NCBI GenBank assembly: GCA_049424145.1
Contig: JBMSSC010000084.1
Coordinates: 1-12,340, forward strand
Direction: 5' to 3'
DNA from: Bdellovibrionia bacterium
GTDB lineage: Bacteria > Bdellovibrionota > UBA1018
DNA length: 12,340 nt
Shown piece after piece: positions 6,802 to 12,340 of the stretch (its first letter is position 1; every line of letters starts with the position of its first letter). The translations under genes and the position numbers were made by a program. The notes under the pieces were generated by a model, which saw only the letters and a list, made by a program, of their open reading frames with translations, was not told the DNA's origin and ran no database searches.

Positions 6802-8256
6802 ATGGTTGTTCTTGGACTTGGAACCAACTGCGGAAATCGTCTGGAGTACCTCCAACGAGCCCTTCGAGAACTCAAAGCTCAAGGCATCCACCAAACGCTT
6901 CGAATTCTCAAAATTGCTCCTCTTTACGAATCCCAGGCCCTTTTGCCTGAAGGAGCCCCGGAGCACTGGAATCAACCCTACTTAAACACCGTTGCTCTGT
7001 GCGAGACCAAGCTTGACCCCCATGAGCTCTTAAGCCTCCTAAAGAGCATTGAACTGAAGCTAGGACGCCAAAACCGCGGGCGCTGGGCTCCCCGAGAAAT
7101 TGACCTGGATCTGATTGACATGGATTCCAGGCAAATTCAAACGCCTACCCTTCAGATCCCTCACCCTGAGGCCCTCCATCGACCCTTCGTGTTTTTACCC
7201 TGGGCTGAGCTAACCCCGGATTGGCCCATCTCCCCTCCGCAATCCCCCGGTAGCACCCTTCGTCTTCGTGAGTATGCTCAACGCTGGAAATCTCAAACCT
7301 CAGCCTCACAGCAAACCACCCAACGCATTCCCACCCCCTTATGCCAGCTCGTGGGGATCTTAAACCTCACGCCTGATTCGTTTTCCGACGGAGGATTGTT
7401 TCAATCCGAATCCGCAGCTCTCGAGCAAATCCAAACCCATCTCCAAAACCACGTCCGTGTGCTTGAGCTCGGAGCAGAGTCCACACGCCCGGGAGCAACC
7501 CCCATCTCGCCAGAAGAAGAGTGGAGCCGTCTTAAACCCCTGCTCGTGCAAACGCTCAGACTCAAAGAGAAAGCCCAGGATTCAAGCTTCTTTCCTCAAA
7601 TCAGTGTGGATACACGCCACCCCAGCGTTGCCAAACAAGCCCTAGAACAGGGTGTCGATTGGATCAATGACGTCAGTGGGCTTAGAAACCCCAGGATGCT
7701 TGAGGTGATTCTAAATCGCACCCGGCCCCCCACTTCTGACCACCACACCCCTCGGGTCGTCCTGATGCATAGCCTATCGGTCCCACCCGTGCGCTCGGAG
7801 ACCCTTGCTCACGAGGAAGACCCCCTGCTCACCCTGCGCCTCTGGGCCCAGGAGAAAATCCAATCCTTAAAAAGCGAAGGTTTAACCCCAGATCAAATCA
7901 TTTTTGATCCTGGACTCGGTTTTGGAAAAACCCCGGAACAGTGCTTTGAAATCCTCAGACGCGCTCACGAGCTTCATGACCTAGGCGTCCCCCTTCTGAT
8001 CGGACACTCTCGAAAATCTTTCTTAAACGTTCTTCCAAGCGCCTCTCTGAGCCGAGACCGAGACCCTGAGACGCTCAGTGCCTCCCTCCTCTTAGCCCAA
8101 CGCGGCATCGAGTACCTACGTATCCACAACTCGGGCCTTCACGCCAAAGCCCTGAGCACCTGGGCTCTGACCCACGGGATCACTCAGTTCCACCCCGAAG
8201 GCCAAACTCCGAGTGTTCAAATCCCCTTCCCCACCTCTCTCCGAAAGACGCCATGA
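6802..8256 (+). CDS. folKP: Bifunctional HPPK-DHPS fusion (2-amino-4-hydroxy-6-hydroxymethyldihydropteridine pyrophosphokinase / dihydropteroate synthase)
   Basis: HPPK part: LGLGTN.GNR, YLN, IELKLGR, RWAPREIDLDL, IPHP...HRPFV. DHPS part: GILNLTPDSFSDGG, GAESTRPGA, ISVDT, INDVSG, VLMH, DPGLGFGK, IGHSRKSF, LRIH. One uninterrupted frame. Confidence 0.96.
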   Translation: MVVLGLGTNCGNRLEYLQRALRELKAQGIHQTLRILKIAPLYESQALLPEGAPEHWNQPYLNTVALCETKLDPHELLSLLKSIELKLGRQNRGRWAPREIDLDLIDMDSRQIQTPTLQIPHPEALHRPFVFLPWAELTPDWPISPPQSPGSTLRLREYAQRWKSQTSASQQTTQRIPTPLCQLVGILNLTPDSFSDGGLFQSESAALEQIQTHLQNHVRVLELGAESTRPGATPISPEEEWSRLKPLLVQTLRLKEKAQDSSFFPQISVDTRHPSVAKQALEQGVDWINDVSGLRNPRMLEVILNRTRPPTSDHHTPRVVLMHSLSVPPVRSETLAHEEDPLLTLRLWAQEKIQSLKSEGLTPDQIIFDPGLGFGKTPEQCFEILRRAHELHDLGVPLLIGHSRKSFLNVLPSASLSRDRDPETLSASLLLAQRGIEYLRIHNSGLHAKALSTWALTHGITQFHPEGQTPSVQIPFPTSLRKTP

Positions 8257-9557
8257 ACTTCAACCCCTCCTACCGGAAAGTCGTCCAAGAGCTTGAATCG
8301 CGCACGGTGATGCCGGAACGCCCCCCAAGCCTCCTTCCCACCAAGCAGGGACTGGCTCGCATCCTCCACCCCTCTCAATTCAAGCCCAAGACCACCCTCG
8401 TAGTGGCAGGAACCAATGGCAAAGGCAGCGTGTGCGCCCTCCTCGAAGCCCTCCTGCTCAGCGCAGGAAAGACAGTAGGACTCTTCACCTCTCCTCATCT
8501 GGAGGAAACCACGGAGCGCTTTCGGATCGGAGGCGTGGACGTCTCCCAAGACGCGTTCTGCGCTGCTTATGCGGAAGTGGCCCAAAAGACAGAGGATCTG
8601 GGCCTTTCCCACTTTGAAACCCTGACCCTCATGGCCGCTTGGCTGTTCTTCTCAGGCCAGCTTTTTCCTCCTCTGGAGTATACGATTTTTGAGGTGGGCT
8701 TAGGGGGGCTTTGGGACTCCACCAATGCCATCCCCCATATCCCCTGCATCATTACGGCCTTAGGCTATGACCATCAAAACCTATTAGGCAACACTCTCGT
8801 GGAGATTGCTGCTAATAAGTTTGGAATTGTTCAACCCCAAGCGAGAGTCGTGCATGCCCCTTTTCCCAAGGAAACGGAAGCCTCACACCTGGCTCTTTGC
8901 CAGTTGGCCCGACAAGTTCAACAAAAGACCCACAGCCACTGGCGAGAGAGAGAGCCCTTTGAATTGAAAGTGATCCCAGGGGAAAACCTGCCTGGCATAA
9001 AACGCGAGCCCCAGTTCACGCTCCGGACTGCCTGGGGGGAAGCTCCCCTCAGCCTTCCTGGCACCCGCGCAGCCGAAAACGCCTCCACGGCTCTCACCAT
9101 GTTTCACGAATTAGGGTTTCCCCCACAAGATCACCTTCAAGCCCTGCAAAACGTTCGTTGGCCAGGGCGAATGGAGAAAGTGGCTGATGAAAGCCCCTGC
9201 TCAATCTATCTTTCAGGAGACCACAACCCCCCGGGCATTGAAAGCCTCATTGAGCTCTTGCAGTATTACCCCAGACGCCACCTTCATGTGATGCTGGGAT
9301 TGGGCAAAGACAAGGACTTAGAGGGCGTGCTTGCTCCCTTGTTTCGCCTCCCCGATACTTCCATCTCCCTGACGGAAACGCCGTTTCGAGGAAGGCGGCT
9401 TACCGAGTACGGACCGTGGCTTCAGCAAGCAAAAAACAATGACCCCCAACCGCTTGCCCTCCTTCGGAATATCCAATCCCAGGCAAAGCCTGAGGATCTC
9501 ATCGTCATCACAGGATCCCTCTACTTGGTGGGATTTCTTCGGTCACAGACCATTTAG
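8253..9557 (+). CDS. folC: Dihydrofolate synthase / folylpolyglutamate synthase
   Basis: P-loop VAGTNGKGSV, GLFTSPHL, ERFRI, FEVGLGG..DSTN, DH...LGNTL.EIA..K.GI, WPGRME, ITGSLYLVG. ATGA overlap with folKP at 8253-8256. Confidence 0.95.
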   Translation: MNFNPSYRKVVQELESRTVMPERPPSLLPTKQGLARILHPSQFKPKTTLVVAGTNGKGSVCALLEALLLSAGKTVGLFTSPHLEETTERFRIGGVDVSQDAFCAAYAEVAQKTEDLGLSHFETLTLMAAWLFFSGQLFPPLEYTIFEVGLGGLWDSTNAIPHIPCIITALGYDHQNLLGNTLVEIAANKFGIVQPQARVVHAPFPKETEASHLALCQLARQVQQKTHSHWREREPFELKVIPGENLPGIKREPQFTLRTAWGEAPLSLPGTRAAENASTALTMFHELGFPPQDHLQALQNVRWPGRMEKVADESPCSIYLSGDHNPPGIESLIELLQYYPRRHLHVMLGLGKDKDLEGVLAPLFRLPDTSISLTETPFRGRRLTEYGPWLQQAKNNDPQPLALLRNIQSQAKPEDLIVITGSLYLVGFLRSQTI

Positions 9558-9679
9558 AATCTTTTCACGGCAGCCTTGAATCGGCTAAACACAGCTGAGA
9601 GTGCTTGAGACTCAGAAAAACGCCCCTTCCTCCATAAGCTCTCACTCCCCGTGTGCGCGGCCCGAGGCACCAACCCAAC

Positions 9680-10300
9680 TCAAAAAAACCGAGAGGAGGG
9701 GCGTTGGATTCTCCCAGGAACTAACTTGGGGTCTCGAGAATTTCTGAATTCCTGATTTTTTATATGTTTTGGATTTATATCTTGAGAATTAAGCTCCTGC
9801 TTAGCCCCAAGCGAATTCTGAGACTTCCGGTTCATCTGAAATGCCTTCATCTGTTCTAAAAGATGCACCGTGTGAGCGCGAGTCCCAGGATCAGCGCTAT
9901 TGAGTCCTTTTTCTAAAAACTTGCGTTCCTTCTCTCCTTGCGATCGAGCAAGGGAGCTCAGTGCCGATTGGGCTAAAATCGTATCCGGATGAGCATCGGC
10001 AAAATGCTTTAAAAATTCAACGACCTTGGGATCATCAAACCAGGCTAAGCCATCCAGCAAACGAATTTTGCGATAAACGCGCGTCTCAGACTGAATCATC
10101 TCGATCATCACTTCAGGAGCAGAGGGCCCAAGCGACTGCCACCACTCACCTGTTTCTTGTGGGTGCCGCATGGAAATCGTACTTTCAATACTCTCTCGGA
10201 GTTCCGCTCGACTCAACGCCCAAGAAGACGCCTCAAAAAAAACCCAAACGAACCCCATCCATCCAAAAATGAATATCCAGGTCCTTTTTTTAAAACTCAT
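9680..10300 (-). CDS. Secreted or membrane-anchored HEAT-repeat-like alpha-helical protein
   Basis: Strong SD GAGGAGGT. Basic N-terminus plus hydrophobic stretch ending ASSWA (signal-peptide-like). Helical-repeat-like segments RIRLLDGLAWF.DPKVVEFL-type (KIRLLDGLAWFDDPKVVEFL), ALSSLAR, FLEKGLNSADPGTRAHTVHLL. Low-complexity C-terminal tail. Confidence 0.7.
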   Translation of the reverse strand: MSFKKRTWIFIFGWMGFVWVFFEASSWALSRAELRESIESTISMRHPQETGEWWQSLGPSAPEVMIEMIQSETRVYRKIRLLDGLAWFDDPKVVEFLKHFADAHPDTILAQSALSSLARSQGEKERKFLEKGLNSADPGTRAHTVHLLEQMKAFQMNRKSQNSLGAKQELNSQDINPKHIKNQEFRNSRDPKLVPGRIQRPSSRFF

Positions 10301-10359
10301 GAGCGCACCTCCTCACTGAATCCTGTTTCACCCAATAACAGAGCAACGACACCCCTAAA

Positions 10360-12111
10360 TTACTGCACAATTGGGTGGTAATTAATAACTTTCCCTTGAT
10401 TCTCTGAGAACAAATTCCCATCTGAAGTTCCTTGGGAGGCTGAAAAATTCTTAGTCGTCCACCACATCATGTAGTTGAATTGACACTCCAGAGCATTAGG
10501 ACAAAAAACCCCACTACTCGAATTATAGGACGAACACACGGTCGAGCAGGTATTTCCCGTGGAAGCCAATGAATTGGTATCTGAGACACGACAGGAATTC
10601 ACGGTAATCCGCCCAGTGCCCATAAAACTCTGGGTTGCAGTGCAGATGGGCGTATCATTGACCGAGTCATGAGTCTCTCCATCGTACTCACTTAAGTGAT
10701 TCAGTCCCAGAAAATGTCCCAATTCATGCGCAACGGTTGCTCCGAGCTCAAATGAATCAGGCTCCTGTTCATTGAGCGCACAAAGGGAGGCCGTAGCACT
10801 GCAGTTTGAATTCAAAACATCCAGATCGTCAAACGTTGAAACAGCCACACCACTGACCGCTGTTGCATTCATCAAAGGTCCTGGAATCGCTCCATCAATC
10901 CCTAGGATCGTTAAATTGGATCCAGAGCTCTCAGCATCCGTGATGCGGCTTACGAAAAAAACGTTCACCGCCTGATTCACGAACTGAGAAGGAAGGGCAG
11001 AGGACGCTGTAACAAAAAAATTTGAAAGTCTGGAAACATCTAAAGTTGAGTAATCGATTCCGCCTGAGACACAGGACCACTCGAAAGCATGAATGGCCCC
11101 AATTTTTACTCCGACGTTAGCGTGGGAAAAGTAATCTGAAACCGCTTTGACAATCGTGTTTAAATTCCTTCTTCCTACTTGAGTCCGAGAGGCTTTGATA
11201 TTTTTATCCCCCACGAAAACAAGATTTAAATCCATCGCGCCTCCCTGCACACCCCCGAAGCTGGCGCGCGTAGAGGTTTTTTTAAGCACCTGAACTTGGA
11301 GCCCTGCTGTATAGGAACTTCCAACCGAAGCGTAACTATCGGCGACCAGAACATACTTAGCCGTGTAGGTGACGCCGGGCCCTGACCTCAGTTTCTTAGA
11401 AGTTAGGGAAGAGAAGAAATGGGTATTAAACGCGCAAGATGGATCACTAGCACTCCCTGCAGTGCCTCCACTCCAGTTGCAGGTTGGAAATACGTTCACA
11501 CTGGGTAAGTTTTCGGCTGAAGAAAAAGCCCCTTGCCTGATTTCCCAGGTGTTTCGGTCCAAGTAGGCACTGGGTGTATTGATGCTACAGTCCGGATTCA
11601 CCACACACGATCCAGAGGAGCAAGTATAAAAACCCGCCTGTGCGCAATCCCCCGAGGATCCTGAACGGGCTAAATTAATATACTCATTTTGTCCATCGTG
11701 AAGGGAAACGAGGTAGGCAAATGCACTCCCGGATAAGGATGAAGGGAAGTTGGTGACCTGTGCCGTAAGCGTGATGGAGCCAAACTCCCCCAAATCATCG
11801 GGCATACTAAAACTCACGCTCACTTCTTTATTTGAAATCCCCTCAGAGAGTCCTACGACGGGACCCGAAGCCTGGATCACACTCGAGCTCAGAGATACCG
11901 TGGCATCGTGATGAGAGCTTGAGACGCCTGGAACGTTTGGCTCCCAAGAACTCACGGTCGCCTTCGAGCAAGCCTGCCCTTGACTTCCTGAATCTGAAGA
12001 TTGTGAGCTACAGGAGGATAAAGCAAGAGATAACAAAAAAAACCAACCCGTGCCCATCCAAGTCAAACGAAGACTCCTAGAGCCAAATGAAAGACGCGCA
12101 AGATGGATCAT
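10360..12111 (-). CDS. Cys-rich lipoprotein with a C-terminal metzincin zinc metalloprotease domain (M43 pappalysin/ulilysin-like)
   Basis: Lipobox LALSS-C followed by a Ser-rich tether. Zinc motif HELGHFLGLNH (10696-10728), followed by D.V.DTP.C and a Met-turn candidate NYMM, as in M43 peptidases. 17 Cys in total. Confidence 0.82.
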   Translation of the reverse strand: MIHLARLSFGSRSLRLTWMGTGWFFLLSLALSSCSSQSSDSGSQGQACSKATVSSWEPNVPGVSSSHHDATVSLSSSVIQASGPVVGLSEGISNKEVSVSFSMPDDLGEFGSITLTAQVTNFPSSLSGSAFAYLVSLHDGQNEYINLARSGSSGDCAQAGFYTCSSGSCVVNPDCSINTPSAYLDRNTWEIRQGAFSSAENLPSVNVFPTCNWSGGTAGSASDPSCAFNTHFFSSLTSKKLRSGPGVTYTAKYVLVADSYASVGSSYTAGLQVQVLKKTSTRASFGGVQGGAMDLNLVFVGDKNIKASRTQVGRRNLNTIVKAVSDYFSHANVGVKIGAIHAFEWSCVSGGIDYSTLDVSRLSNFFVTASSALPSQFVNQAVNVFFVSRITDAESSGSNLTILGIDGAIPGPLMNATAVSGVAVSTFDDLDVLNSNCSATASLCALNEQEPDSFELGATVAHELGHFLGLNHLSEYDGETHDSVNDTPICTATQSFMGTGRITVNSCRVSDTNSLASTGNTCSTVCSSYNSSSGVFCPNALECQFNYMMWWTTKNFSASQGTSDGNLFSENQGKVINYHPIVQ

Positions 12112-12127
12112 ATGTATAGTTTATCTG

Positions 12128-12169
12128 TTATTTATTTTTTTTCATTTTTTAAATTAAAAAAATAAATAA
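12128..12169. promoter_or_regulatory. AT-rich 14-bp perfect inverted repeat overlapping the probable promoter of the lipoprotein protease gene
   Basis: TTATTTATTTTTTT (12128-12141) and AAAAAAATAAATAA (12156-12169), 14-nt spacer. Minus-strand ATGAAA-16 nt-TAAACT lies 6 nt before ATG 12111. Confidence 0.5.
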
Positions 12170-12340
12170 TAGGTCTCACTTCTAAAAACAAACAATTGAG
12201 TCAATCTAATCAATGATTTGAAGAAGGAGTGTGGTTTTCCCCTCGAGTGCCTGAGCCTCAGAGCTAACTCGACGCGTTAGATCTCAGATGAGCTCTTGGC
12301 GTGATCCGTCCTTCTCCCTCAGAAGTGAGCAAGAACAAGA

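Noticed and set aside
9558..9679. Bidirectional terminator between the convergent folC and HEAT-like genes
   Set aside because: Only weak 4-5 bp stems and no U-tracts; no intrinsic terminator can be supported.
404..12080. Many short alternative-frame and antisense ORFs in the track (e.g. 650..1045, 3782..4171, 8217..8612, 9961..10272)
   Set aside because: They are shadow ORFs of well-supported genes and have no domain signatures.
1..12340. CRISPR array, IS element or defence system
   Set aside because: No regularly spaced direct repeats and no transposase, integrase, reverse transcriptase or nuclease motifs. The 18-bp repeat at 2067-2124 is inverted and single.

Overview
Bacterial chromosomal window, mostly core genes. 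The protein styles (orphan CheX, Fis-type sigma54 activator, Cys-rich lipoprotein) suggest Bdellovibrionota/Oligoflexia; this is an inference. Gene order: sigma54-dependent enhancer-binding protein with a degenerate GAF-like input domain (+); a ~345 nt highly structured intergenic region; a small basic/acidic hypothetical protein (+); a class V PLP aminotransferase translationally coupled to purA (+); tRNA-Lys(UUU) (+); an orphan CheX-family phosphatase (-); a folate operon folB - fused folK/folP - folC (+); and a convergent two-gene unit (-) encoding a Cys-rich lipoprotein metzincin protease (M43-like) and a secreted HEAT-repeat-like protein. No integrase, transposase or CRISPR array is visible. 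The strongest novelty candidate is the multi-hairpin leader or ncRNA at ~1978-2285. It has alternative pairings that reach the ribosome-binding site of an uncharacterised charge-segregated protein.
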